Source of the DNA: Sphaerodactylus townsendi
Taxonomy: Eukaryota
DNA: 64,000 bases
Assembly: GCF_021028975.2 (NCBI RefSeq)
Contig: NC_059430.1
Span: 114,576,001 to 114,640,000 of the forward strand
Direction of reading: 5' to 3'
Shown piece by piece: positions 12,873-25,127 of this stretch (the first letter of the stretch is position 1; each line of letters begins with the position of its first letter). The notes below the pieces were generated by a model, which was not told the origin of the DNA, made no database searches, and saw nothing but the letters and a program-made list of their open reading frames with translations. The position numbers were made by a program, and so were the translations under genes.

Positions 12873-15800
12873 ATCTAGAACAATACAATAACTGGTGGGC
12901 CAAAGATTTGACTAAGCCAGCATTACACGAGCACAATCTATTTGACTTTTCTTGATTGTTAATTCTACCATGTATCAAGGCAGAGGACATAACATTAAAC
13001 CTGGTGAGCATTACAGCTCTCCTTTGAGCAGGGTTTATTAAGCAATACAAGTAATGAGCCATGTGGCCCTGTTCAAATGGGACTGAAAAATACAGGGGAG
13101 TTCTCTTGGCTGCTGTGACTACAGTGGAAAACTCTATCCAATAATCAGCCTTTTAATTTTTTTATAAGCTTTTCAGTCGGACAAGGAACTGAGTGAATCC
13201 ACTGACAGTCCTATAGAAACCATTTTCTTTTCGATTATGGAAAACCGGGGGTTGGCTTGAGTATCCGAGAGCAAGCGATGGACCAGGGAATTGCAATCCG
13301 AGAGGTAGTGCATCTGCAGCCAGAATCCAAAGGCCCTTAGCTAAGCGACTGATTCCAAAGAGCTTTGACCTAGCTCGAGTTTAGGCAAAGGGCTGCAGAA
13401 GGCACACAAATTGGAAGTTCTGTTATCTTATGGGGAAAAAAATTGGATTGAAGAGAGTTCAAGGAGTGATTAGCAGCTTTAATTCAAATTGGGACTCCAT
13501 AGAGCAATTTCGAGGCGACTTTAGCATTAAAAAACTGAAGGGCTGGGGGTATAAAAGAATGGCTGCAGCTGTAGAAGGAACGTATTAGCGCATAAATATT
13601 ATTAGATGTGGCTAGGAGTGCAGCCTTCCGATGGGCGATCCATGAGAGGTTATAAGAAAACAAGAGGCCAAGATACTTATAGCACTTAACCTGTTCAATT
13701 CGGGTGCTGTTCATTGCCCAATTGAACTTCTTTAAGCACCTAGAGAAGACCAGTGCCTTGGTTTTTTTCATAATTAATTACCAGTCAATTGGATTCACAA
13801 TAGTCCACGGAGCACTTCATTAAACATCTAAGGCCAACTCTGGAACGGGAGAGTAAAACAGCATCATCTGCGTAGAGCAGAATTGATACATGGGATCTAC
13901 TCAATTTTGGGGAATGACTATTCACTACTGAAAGAGTAGAGGGGAGATCGCTCAAAAAGAGACTGAAAAGAGTAGGGGCCAGGACAAAGCCCTGTTGACC
14001 CCTTTGGGAATGGAACTTTTGTCTGACAAAAGGCCTTCTTGGGAACACTTAATCCAGCAACTGGTATTAGTGTGCAGTTGCCTTATTAAGAAGAGATGTC
14101 TGGCATCAATGTCAAGGGCAGCCTTTAAATCAATAAAGGCATCATAAAGTTAATTGTTTGCATTAAGGGTATATTTACTGGCTAAGTGTGATAGCACTAA
14201 GGCATTGTCCAAGGGCGATTTCCCTTTACAAAAGCCTATTTGTTCAGCCTCTGCACAAGAGTGGAGGAGCCACGACTGGAGTTTCTTCAGTAGTAATTTG
14301 GCATAGAATAGATCTTTCCTATCACCGAAAGTGGACTGATAGGGTGGAAATTGGCATGCCCTGAGCGATTCCCTTATTTAGAGACGGGAATCACGGCCAC
14401 AGACAGCCAACTCTTGGAAAACATACCTGAGTTATTTGCTTGGGTAAAAAGAGTAGCCAGGATAGGGGCCCACAGTCAATATGGAATTTCAGAATCTCTG
14501 GAATTATAATATCAGGACCAGGGGCTTTCCTTCCTCTAGCAGCTCAAATACTTCTTGTGTTGAGACAGGGGGCCAACTAGGGAAACCTGAGTGGGTAGAC
14601 GGAGGAAGTCCGTTACTTAAAATGTAATCTTTTAAAAGTTTGCAAAAATAATCGTGCCAAATATCAGGGGTAATACAAGTAGGGGTGGGTGGCTTTCTTC
14701 AATTAAAGTTGTTCAACACATCCCAGAGTAGCTTGGAGTTATTGGTAGTTACTGCTAAATGAAAGTGTTCCCATTGAGCGTTGACATATTTCATTTGTTT
14801 CTCTCTAATTAACAGACGAAGGTTGTTCCTACATTGTATTAATTGATCGAGGAGATCCAGGACTCCAGAATCCCTAAAGCTCCGATATAAGGAGTGAATT
14901 TGACTGTTATGCTCCAAGCACTCTCTGTCAAACCAGGATGTTCCCTTTCTGTTTTTGCTTGGTTCCCCCATGGTGGACGTTGAAAGACCATCCACAATTT
15001 GTTTAAGTAGGGCTTTAAACCTAATGATTGTCTCCTGGGGGGAATCATAGAGTTGGAGGAGACCACAAAAGCCATCAAGTCCAACCCCCTGCAATGCAGG
15101 AACACACAATCAAAGCATTCCCGATACATGTTCATCCAGCCTGTTTAAAAACCTCCAAAGGAGGAGACTCCACAACTCTCTGAGGCAGTGACGGTCAGAA
15201 AGTTCTTCCTAATGTTTAGGTGGAATCTCTTTTTTTGCACCTTGAATCCATTACTGTGTGTCCCAGTCTCTGAGGCAGCAGAAAACAAGCTTGCTCCCTC
15301 TTCCACATGACATCCCTTCAAATATTTAAATATCAATTCCCCCCTTAACCTTCGATTCTGCAGCAAGAACCGAAAGTTTGAGACTGGCTAGACTGGGGGA
15401 ACAAAGTAAGTTTTCAGCGGCTGAGGCCAACTTAAGTGACCAAACTAGTCTAGGTAGTGGTTCGCTGGGTGGTGATAGAACCACATTATCACCCTCCACG
15501 TAAGGCAAAACACGTCTAAGGGGAAGACGATCACCCAGCAAAAGGTCTCCAATTTGAAAAGATAAAACAGATGATCTTAAATTTTGAGAGATTAGGAGAT
15601 AATTGACAACACTACAGCCATGAGGAGAAACAAAAGTGAAATCTTGAGCATGGACATAACACTTTAAGCCAGAGGTGTCCAACTCTGGCGCTTCAGACGT
15701 TCGTGGAGTACAATTCCCATCAGCCCCTGCTGGTATGGCCAAAGTCGTTAAACCAGAGTTTGTTATGCTTGATGGCCAAATGAATTAATTTCCTACCAGC

Positions 15801-17058
15801 AGCATTGGACTGAGAATCCTTTGAGTCACAAAAGGCAGGGAGTAAAAGTGAATGGTGAGATTCATCATCAAAACCTTCCTGCTCAAGGAGGGAAGCTAAA
15901 TTAGCACCTACTCTTGCATTAAAATCCCCCATTAAAACAATTTCAGAGGAGGGATGACAGCGTTCAAGCTCCTCAATATAAGTGGATAGATTGTCCCATG
16001 TTTCGCTCAAGGTTTCTTCCTGAAGGTCTGCAGGAACATAAACATTAACGAGGATCAATGAAAAATTCCCCCAACAAATTAGCACAGCCTGGGCTGACTG
16101 AGAGAAGGAGGGAAGGGCCTGTGTGTGGATTGTCTGGGAAACTAGAAAACAAAGGCCACCAGAAAAGTGGCCAAACCTGGACAGTTTGGTTGCTGGAAGG
16201 CAGAAGGACTTATAGCTCTTAAAACCAATATGGTAATTAACCCACGTTTCCTGAAGAAGAATCACATCAGCCTCTCTAAGGTATTTACAAAAGTGAGGGT
16301 TCCTAGACTTATTCCCCCATCCTGAAATATTCCATGATAAAACAGAAAGGCCAGCTGGATATGGGCATCATTCAATAGGATCTAAGTCCACAATTCCAGG
16401 AATGTCAGGGAGGATGCAGTTGTTACTAAAAGATAGTAGGGGGCATGGTTGAGGGTCCCAATTCCAAAGCAGAGTTCTCAGCCAAAGTGATCTCTGGAGT
16501 ACATGAGTTAACTTGGAGATTGCAGTGATGGTGGATTTCTACTGTGAGTTGGTTAGGACAACCAGGGCCACCTGAGAGGAGCTTATCGACGCAACAGAAC
16601 GCTCAGGCTCAGAACAAAATGCCAAAGCCTGATCCCCTATTGCCAGGGACAAAGACTGCATAGGCTGAATAAGCTTAGAAGTAGTAGTTTCTAATTTAAC
16701 AATGATGGCTTTTTGTTCGGCACTTGGGAGATCCTGAAGCCCCGCAAGGACCGCCTCTTCCAGGGATTTGGAGGTGAGTTGGAGAGTAACATCATGGTTC
16801 TCCTCTCAAGACAAAGGATCCCCATGGGGCGTAGAGGAGACTGTATGCCAGCCAGGAGCTATAAGTAAAGATTGGGTAGTTTCTAATTTTTCAAGCTCCT
16901 TGGCCCAGGATTTATCGGGGGGGGGGGGGTGTTGGAGGGAATTCTTCCTGCTTAGCACCTTTGTTGAACGAAAGTCAACGTCCGTGTCCAATAGTATTAA
17001 CATCTCATGGAGAGTGCACTCACAAAATGAGAAATATTTGTGGAATTAGTAGCACTGG

Positions 17059-17105
17059 ATGAATGAATGAATGAATGAATGAATGAATGAATGAATGAAT
17101 GAATG
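17059..17105. repeat. (TGAA)n microsatellite
   Basis: About 11 ATGA units. Confidence 0.95.
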
Positions 17106-17939
17106 TAGTTAAAGGACGGCAGGGCTAGTAGATCTAGGAGAACTAGTGTCCAGACTGCACTGTGCAGGGGATCCAGGGTTGGGCTGGGACAAGTTCCTTG
17201 GGCCTTTCAGGTTCAAGGGTAGATTAGTTCGAGATGGCAGAACAGTTTCCAAGTCAGCAGTCATCTGCAAATTAGCAGAGGCAACATTCAAGGGAATCTT
17301 TGTCAAATGTTGGGATCTAACAGTCTTTTTAATTCAAAGTTCTAAGTTCTTCCACTCGTCAGTAAAGTTCTTGATTCTCACGGGCATGGGAATTAGATGA
17401 AGCTAAAGGTCCCGTAGAAGAAGCCTGCATTGTGAGATCTGGCTCCCTGACCCTCTCGTTCTTGCAGGCAGGAATCACAAGTTTGGGGGACTTGATGTTC
17501 TTAAAAAACTCATGTAAATATGATGTCACAATGATTGGCGAAGTACTCTTTCCGTCTGAGCAGCTTGTTAGGACAGCATGAAGTTACAAAATTTAAGATC
17601 GTCCTAGGGTGATTGTTATAATAAGGTAAACGTTCAAAAGACCTGATTCAGACCTTCCTCAGGTCACAGTTCAGTGGTTGACACAATGAAATCCGAATTC
17701 TGTGAAAATTAGACCATTTGCCAAGGTTAAACTTAGTGTCCCTTATTGCTACTGCCACCTGGTGTTTCTAGAGAACCAGAGACATAAGAGAGTTCATACA
17801 ATCTGAAAACAGATATGTAGGAGCTTGATAAGATAGAGTCTGCAGGAGGTATTAGGTTTTCTCCATAATTTGGGAGCATAGGAGAGCCTCAACTTTTGGT
17901 GTTTAAGGAGGCAGTTAATCAACAATAACTCAAAGGATG

Positions 17940-18163
17940 TTGTGTGGTTTCCAGGCTGTATGGCAGTGTTCTAGTAGCATTTTCTCCTGGCGTTTTGCCT
18001 GTATCTGTGGCTGCCATCTTCAGAGGATCTGATGGTAGTAAAGCAAGATGCCAGCCACAGATGCAGGCGAAACGTCAGGAGAACATGCTACTAGAACATG
18101 GCCATACAGCCCGGAAACCACATACCATCCCAATGATTCCAGCCGTGAAAGCCTTCAACAATA
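17940..18163. mobile_element. Penelope-like element remnant (inverted pLTR halves) with decayed hammerhead motifs
   Basis: Inverted copies of AAGATGCCAGCCACAGATGCAGGCGAAACGTCAGGAG; shares its 3' end GCCGTGAAAGCCTTC with 48180-48381. Confidence 0.7.
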
Positions 18164-19080
18164 AAATAACTCAGAGGTTTTGGAAATTAGAAAATCCTGC
18201 TTTGCTAAAAGTTCCGTTAAGATACACCTACTGGGAAAGACAGAATCATTTCCACCGTGAGCAGCAGCGTCACTAGTCTCTGTAACCCCTTCCACAATTG
18301 AGGATACGCCTTCATTAAGCTGAGAGGGGAAGACAGGCTCATTTCCATTCTCAGAAGGGAGAACTGAAGAACAATCCAAAACAGAAAATCTGTTGGTAAG
18401 TTTAAGCCCATCCGGTGGGGGAACGGAATGTTGACTGAAAGTAGTAAATTCTGGTTTGTTTACAAGATTTTTGACTTGAAGCTGGATTTGAATTAGAGTG
18501 GCAGCGTTTCCTTGCTTTCACTGCACGAACGCCGAAGCAGAGATTAAAACAAAGGCTATTAAAACTAACTCTTCAAGGCTGACTAGATGATTAAGATGCC
18601 TCTTCCAAGGCAAAGAAAGATTAATAGAAGTCTAGAGGAGTTAAAACCTGCTAGAGTCCTGTTAAAAAAACTAATTAAAACGACATTTAAAAAGAAGAGC
18701 TCACAAATTACAGCATCTCGGTTGCCGTCGCCATCTGGATTTCTCAGCCTACGAGGTAAGGCACACACTGCCGTCTAGAGTCAAGTCCTAAATGTTGCAA
18801 TGGAAAGACATCTATCACCCAATTTATTGCTTATCCAGATCCCACAATATGGACTCCATTCATTCCCCTGCATCTGATGGGAAGTGAGGGTGAGAACATG
18901 CTCTACCCAGAGTCTGCCTTCCCTGCCCTTGACTTACTAGTCATTTATATTGAACTTACATACATCGCACTAAGCTACACGACAGCTCTTTTATTCGAAC
19001 ACTCCCTCACAGGACAAAGCATCCTTAACCCAACCTCCAAAACTTATAAGTGCACAAGCAAGCAAACAAACAAACTCTAC

Positions 19081-19172
19081 CTTTCATGCATTTCCTTTGC
19101 TTCTCTTTCCTTCCTTTTGATTTCCAGTTCAGCAAAGAGCTTCATTGTCTGCTTGTAGACAGCTTGCTTGAA
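19081..19172 (-). CDS. DNAJC8: DNAJC8 exon 7 (FKQAVYKQTMKLFAELEIKRKEREAKEMHE-R)
   Basis: 92 nt, AG/GT bounded, matches DNAJC8. Confidence 0.97.
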
Positions 19173-19390
19173 CTGCAAGGAACACAGGTTTATTATAGGT
19201 GATGAGGGCCTCCCTTAAAACTTGGGGGCCACTGGCAAATTCCCAAGACTTCTACTTCTCTTCCACAGTGAAGTAGAAGTGGGCAGATACATTGCTGGTT
19301 GAGCTTCCAGATACCAGGACAGGCACCAAGGCCGATAAAAAACTGATGAACAGGCAATTCCTGACATTTTAGCTAAGTCAACAGCTCAGA

Positions 19391-19572
19391 TTAGCCCAAT
19401 CTCATCAGATCTTGGACGCTAGGGAGGAATGGTCCTAGTTAGTATTTGGATGGAAGACCAGCAAAGAAGTCCAGGGCTGCTACGCAGAGGCAAGCAATGG
19501 GAAACCATCTCTGCTCATCTCTGGCTTTGAAAACCCTTCAAGATCACCATAAATCAGCTTGACAACACTTTC
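19391..19572 (+). mobile_element. 5S rRNA-derived SINE (5S-Sauria-like)
   Basis: GCCCAATCTCATCAGATCTTGGACGCTAG...TTAGTATTTGGATGGAAGACC aligns to the 5S rRNA internal promoter region; Sauria/RTE-type tail (GCAATGG.AAACCA.CTCTG...TTGAAAACCC). Confidence 0.8.
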
Positions 19573-19743
19573 CACCCCTGGATTGGGAGGATTTGATCAG
19601 CAATCCACTAGACATAAAATTTAGTTTTCCTTTCTTAAAAGATTACTAATCCAAAAAGTCAAACACAATAGATCTCACCGGACAGTGGCAAAATTAGCCC
19701 CAGAGCATTCGAAAGAGAAAGATGCAAGCTTTCTCCCTCTGTA

Positions 19744-20036
19744 AAGAGAACCAACATGGTGTAGCGGTTAAGAGCAGGTGCACTCTAATCTGGAGAACTG
19801 GGTTTGATTCCCCGCTCTGCCACTTGAGCTGTGGAGGCTTATCTAGTGAACCAGATTAGCTTATGCACTCCAACACATGCCAGCTGGGTGACCTTGGGCT
19901 AGTCAAAGTTCTTTGAAGCTCTCTCAGCCCCCCTACCTCACAGGGTGTTTGTTGGGGGGGGGAAGGAGTTTGTAAGGCCCTTTGAGTTTCCTTACAGGAG
20001 AGCAAGGGGGGGATATAAATCCAAATTCTTCTTCTC
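19744..20036 (+). mobile_element. Squam3-like SINE
   Basis: A/B boxes, CORE, (TTC)n tail. Confidence 0.85.
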
Positions 20037-20189
20037 ATCTAAATGTGACTAGCGGTGGGATAGTGATGGAGCACAAGCTTTTCTAGGAGTAGCTCTCATT
20101 TCTCGTTGAAAGATGACAAGGAGGTTGTGTTGAAAAAAAGAACAGGGTATGTTCCAGAACTTGTGTGTGAACCCTGCAACCCAACTTAC

Positions 20190-20261
20190 TATTTCTGGAT
20201 CATCCTCTTCGACACTGGGTGGCTTGCCTTCTTTCTTTAACTGCTTCTTTTTCTCTTTCAC
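20190..20261 (-). CDS. DNAJC8: DNAJC8 exon 6 (VKEKKKQLKKEGKPPSVEEDDPEI)
   Basis: 72 nt, TAG acceptor after a T tract, GTAAGT donor. Confidence 0.97.
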
Positions 20262-20451
20262 CTAAAAAAACCCCAAACAGATGCACTGAATCCTCACCAA
20301 TTTCTCCTCAAGGCTCATGCTCAAGACTCATGCCACTTTCTGCACATAAAGGGCTGAATAAAGCCCTGTCGTCATGTATTTACTTACAGAATCGAGAATG
20401 GTTTAAAACAATCAAGGCAAAGAAAATACTCTGATGCTCTGAATGAAAAGA

Positions 20452-20760
20452 TGAAGGGATGTCATGTTGGGGAGGGAGCAAGCTGTTTTCTGCTGCTCCA
20501 GAGACTAGGACCAGAAGTCATGGGTTCAAGGTGAAGGAGAAGAGATTCCACCTAAACATCAGGAAAAGCTTCCTGATAGTAAGGGCTGTTCGACAGTGGA
20601 ATGCATTACCTCGGAGTGTGGTGCAGTCTCCTTCTTTGGAAGTTTTTAAACAGAGGCTGGACGGCCATCTGTCAGGCGTGTTTTGATTATGTGTTCCTGC
20701 ATTGCATGGGGTTGGACTTAATGGCCCTTGGAGTCTCTTCCAACTCTATGATTCTATGAT
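20452..20760 (+). mobile_element. CR1 3' fragment (second subfamily, ATTCTATG tail)
   Basis: LFSAAPETRTRSHGFKVKEKRFHLNIRKSFL...WNALP...LEVFKQRLD; CTATGATT repeats. Related copies at about 15045-15332 (-), 59331-59495 (-) and 24295-24368 (+). Confidence 0.88.
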
Positions 20761-21370
20761 CACCTTGTATGTGCATATTTGAAACACCCCCATGAGTACA
20801 TCACTTTACCTGTTGACAAAGTGGGCTCTAATCTATTAAGGCTTATGCTGCCATAGGTCAGCCTACAGTGGACCACTATACCCCCTTGGATGGTGGTTCA
20901 TGCCGCAGGAAGCTAACACGACTAACCTTCTGGAACTCACCATTCTATGCAATGGGAAACAGAACAGAAAGAAATAAAATGCCTTGCAACTTCTCCTCTC
21001 TCTATTGTATAATGCTATTCCGTTGAGCCTGTGCAGCTAGGAACCCAGCATTCAAAGGAAACAAATTAATTTCCATACACGCTCGTTTTCACAAAGCTGT
21101 CTCCTCAGCTCTGCAACATCCTGGGAAGGTTTCTTCTTATCAACCCAGAGCTGCAGGTGACAAAACCCCCCACAGTTTTTGGAAATCAAGGTAAGAGAAA
21201 CCCCAGGAAGTAGAATTCCTGTGTATATCTTATTTCCAGAATATTCCCAAGGTAATTTTAGACAACACACTGAAAGCTGAAGAGGTCAAAGTATAGCCGT
21301 CTATTCACATCCTCTGATAGCCCTTAGTACTGTAACTGGTATGAAGTCAAAATGATAGACTTCCAATCAA

Positions 21371-21672
21371 GGAGCAGCAGTGGCAAAGTGGTTAAGAGCA
21401 GGTGCATTCTAATCTGGAGGAACTGGGTTTGATTCCCTGGTCTGCTGCTTGAGCTGTGGAGGCTTATCTGGGGAATTCAGATTAGCCTGTGCACTCCCAC
21501 ACACGCCAGCTGGGTGACCTTGGGCTAGTCACAGCTCTACGGAGCTCTCTCAGCCCCACCTACCTCACAAAATGTTTGTTGTGAGGGGGGAAGGGCAAGG
21601 AGATTGTAAGCCCCTTTGAGTCTCCTACAGGAGAGAAAGGCGGGATATAAATCCGAACTATTCTTCTTCTTC
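21371..21672 (+). mobile_element. Squam3-like SINE
   Basis: A/B boxes, CORE, (TTC)n tail. Confidence 0.85.
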
Positions 21673-21911
21673 ATTTACTACATAAATATCTGGTTCCTAT
21701 ATTCTTTTTTTGTTATTTCTGAGGGCAACTGTGTTCTTTGTGCCATGTACAAAGACTTTGTGAAACGGGAGTTTTTTGTCCTGTTTTTTTTTTACCGAGA
21801 CCCCAATTCTGAGAGCTTGTTCTTAATTCCCCTCCTAGATGTTGATCAGATGCACCAGCAGTTTTCCAGATAGGATGTTGTACCATCTCAACACAATATT
21901 GAGTGGCACAT

Positions 21912-22429
21912 CAGTGGTGGGATCCAAAAATTTTAGTAACAGGTTCCCTTGCCAGCCCCCTCTCAGCAAAGGGGGCAGAGGCGTACCTAGGCAAACCTGA
22001 GCCCTGGGCAAAACCTGAGTTGGATGCCCCCCCATGGGCAGTCACCCCACCACGATCCCAAATTTTTTTTTGCACCAGGTCATTTCTAAATCATCATCAC
22101 ATTATAGAAAATACCCCAACTCACAAATCTGAACACAGCAATGGTAAAACACACAGGTTATTTGATAGACACTGGTGAGATAAAAGGTACTGAAAGGCTG
22201 AGAATCAATGAATTGCAGTACCTGAAAGGGATTAGCCCAGTTCAGGGAGTTACGTTATTAGTCGCAATTGATATATGGAACCTTCACATTCAAAGGCAGT
22301 ATGCCTCTCGGGGAGGCGAGGGCGTGGAGATGGAAAAGCGGACCCAATTAGTAACCCCCTCTCGGCACACACAAATAATTAGTAACCCACTCTCGGGAAC
22401 TGGGGAGAACCTGCTGGATCCCACCTCTG
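21912..22429. mobile_element. hAT MITE (TIR CAG[T/A]GGTGGGATCC)
   Basis: Perfect 8-bp TSD TGGCACAT. Confidence 0.92.
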
Positions 22430-22503
22430 TGGCACATAGCATGCAGTATGGCAACAGACCCTCACATCCCCAACTGGGAATCACTCGCGCACGTTCTACT
22501 TAC

Positions 22504-22598
22504 AATGTGCTCCACGTATTCCTTCCCTGCTTCAATCACGTCCAAGGCTCTCTTCTTCTGCTCCTGCTCTAGCAACAGCTTGTACGCTTTGTCAACAG
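22504..22598 (-). CDS. DNAJC8: DNAJC8 exon 5 (AVDKAYKLLLEQEQKKRALDVIEAGKEYVEHI)
   Basis: 95 nt, phase matches exon 4, GTAAGT donor. Confidence 0.97.
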
Positions 22599-22836
22599 CT
22601 GGCAAACCAGACATTTCCATCAGCACATCCACATAAACTAACGAATCTACATTGCTTAAGCGACTAGAGCTCAAGGCAAATTAAAATAAATAGGATAACA
22701 AAGCAACAACCACCCAAAACCACATTCACTTTCATAAATGCAACTGAGAGACACCATCAGTTTCTTTCTCCCTAGCTCCCTACAGTGTAGTCACCCAGAC
22801 CTGTTTGCACAATGCACACAAAAGACGTGGAAGTAC

Positions 22837-22903
22837 CTTCAAATGCTTTCTGGGCTCTGTCGGGATCATCCTGGTTTTTGTCAGGATGCACCAATATGGA
22901 CAA
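22837..22903 (-). CDS. DNAJC8: DNAJC8 exon 4 (LSILVHPDKNQDDPDRAQKAFE), J-domain HPD motif
   Basis: AG/GT bounded, 67 nt, contains the HPD signature. Confidence 0.97.
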
Positions 22904-23197
22904 CTGCAAAAGAAAATCAAAGGATTCCTATCACTAAAAAAATTAAAAAGTGCAGTATATGACTTTCATGGAAACAGGACACCCACCTTCTTACCCTGCA
23001 TAGTTTGTCAATAAAATGACACTCAGGCATTTGAAGGTAACTTTTCGTTCTTCGAGGAAAACACTTTCCTAGACCAGTCCCCTCCCCCCGCCCACCCCCC
23101 CACAAATTCAGCTTGTTAGTCAACCAGCTTCCTCCACTCTGTGCAATAATTCAAGGAAGTCACTTCCAACAGCAGTATTCACTAGTGTGGTGTATTC

Positions 23198-23732
23198 AAA
23201 GGTGGAAGCCTTCAGACTAGTTAAGAATAGGCTCTTGGATCTTGATTTTCATTGTTTGACTCTTGCAGCCAAGACAACCTGCTCCCCGACTACATTATTA
23301 ATCCCATGCCAGCGTGGAATCATGGCAACATATCTTTGTCTGCTGATTAATCCCACCCAGAGGAGAGCTTTGGCTACCGCAAGATGTAATGTGCTGCCAT
23401 CAGCTCTCCTGGAGGGAAGATTTAAGAATATAGAACGTTCTAAAAGGGTTTGTTCTTGTGATCTGGTTACAGTTGGAAACACAATTGGACCAGTTCTCTG
23501 CTCTGGTATGCCCTAAATATGATAAGATACGCATGAAATATATGAATTCTATTTTCTTGCAATGTTCTCAGAGGCAAGAGTGTTACAAGATACCCAACCT
23601 CCTGAACAGCTCTGATGTGCTCTTTTGCGAGACTGTTGCAAATTTTATACTGGAAATTAGTAATTTTACCTGTGTTTTTTAATCTTGTTTTACTTTTGTC
23701 CTGTTTTGTATGCCAATAAAGGCTTGTTGTTG
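23198..23732 (+). mobile_element. 5'-truncated LINE of the same broad family (3' end only)
   Basis: YLCLLINPTQRRALATARCNVLPSALLEGRF...RVCSC; AATAAA plus (TTG)n tail; 15-bp TSD TAGTGTGGTGTATTC at 23183-23197 and 23733-23747. Confidence 0.88.
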
Positions 23733-25070
23733 TAGTGTGGTGTATTCTTCTAGAGTCTGTGTTATCAAACAAATTTCCTTGAAGGAAGGCTCAACTTTTC
23801 TACTTTGACAGATTTATTGAGACCAGGAACAAAAACAACAGTTTAAAAACGACTAAAAGCCATCAGGAAGGCTATAAATGTTCTTTTATCAAAGTGCTGT
23901 TTAACAGCTCAGACAACAATGGTTTTGACGAAGCCGGCGCGTCAGTAAGATTCTTTAAGAGAATTTGCACTACTTCATAGTGTGGTCATGCGCTGCTGCA
24001 ACTTCTGATCCAGCCCGCATGACCACGCTGTCACCTTTTCCTGAGAAAGAGTATAGGTGACCAGGGGGCAGTCATCATTTCTCAGTCAAACCGAAGAGAC
24101 AAGGAGAGGTTGCCAAGATCCAGAGACACAAGAAAGTCTACATTTTTCTGTGAACTTAGCCAGATCATGACAGGAAGGGATAAGCCAGTGGTCAGTGCTC
24201 AAGGCCAGATTGGTCAGGGGTCCTACAGAGTTTGTTGGTGGGTTTTTTGCCTTCCTCTGTGCTGGGGTCACTTGCGGAGTAGAGAAGGTAGTTGTGAACG
24301 TCTTGGGCAGTGCAGGGGGATGGACTAGATGACCCTTGAAGTACCTTCCAGTTCTATGTTTCTATGTTTATGGTTACGTTGAGGATGCATGGCTGCGGTG
24401 TGCTTGCCCAGGAGGAGCTTGGCACGCTTTGCTAGATAATTAGCTGGTGGGGAGCAGAAAAAAAGCTCTCTCTTTCTCTTCCATTGAAGACCCCTTGGAT
24501 TTCATTGCTATGGCTTAAGCAGTAGATGCTGCAAAACAAGCTGGCGGGTGCTGCAGTGCCCCTCCAAGCCCAACCTGGTGGATTACTGTTGCAAGGAATA
24601 GTTACCCTGTTAACTTCCAACGTATGGCGAATGGAGACCCAGCTGAGACTGGCTAAGTCTTTGGTCGACTTACCAATGTGGTAAAATTTCAACTATGCAA
24701 TTCTTGTCTCATTTTTTTCATGCTTACTCTCTCTATAGCTCAACCCGAGAGACAATATGGAATGAGGCAAGTTGCTATTCATACACATTCTACCTATTAG
24801 TAGAGCAAATAAACCCCTTGGCTAAAATGTGGCCTTGTAATGTTTAAGGAGTGCAGGGTGCCGTTGGTCACATGTTCTGGAGACACAAAACAAACACCTT
24901 CTTTTAGCAGCAAGCCACACTCAACTTCACAGCCACAGTCGTTTCCCTCCACAGGCCCCAATTCTGGTTTCTCACTGAGCAAAAAGTACTTTCCCCTCTG
25001 CCCGTAGTTGGGTAATTAGGGTGTCTTCCAAGGCTCTTTATACTATTCATTTTGCCCTAGGGCCACACAC

Positions 25071-25127
25071 CTGACGGAATCTCTTTTTTATTTCTTCATC
25101 TGTCACTTCAGGATCAAGCTGCAATAC
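25071..25127 (-). CDS. DNAJC8: DNAJC8 exon 3 (VLQLDPEVTDEEIKKRFRQ), J-domain
   Basis: AG/GT bounded, 57 nt, in frame. Confidence 0.97.

Larger units (their letters stand above)
12255..18775 (-). mobile_element. Near-full-length, decayed non-LTR retrotransposon (APE endonuclease + RT + C-terminal CCHC-like motif; RTE-X/L2-Crack-like, clade uncertain) in DNAJC8 intron 7
   Basis: LSWNISGW...ILLQETW...LVNVY...MGDFNAR endonuclease (15720-16345); QQGFVLAPTLF...LLYADD RT (13785-14048); RLCSC...HQLLYC C-terminus; degenerate ORF1/5' UTR to about 18775; many frameshifts and nested inserts. Confidence 0.88.

Noticed and set aside
19391-19480. 5S rRNA gene
   Set aside because: Partial, diverged and fused to a SINE tail.
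19746-19820. tRNA genes (A/B boxes in SINE heads)
   Set aside because: No cloverleaf; these are heads of ~300-bp SINE copies.
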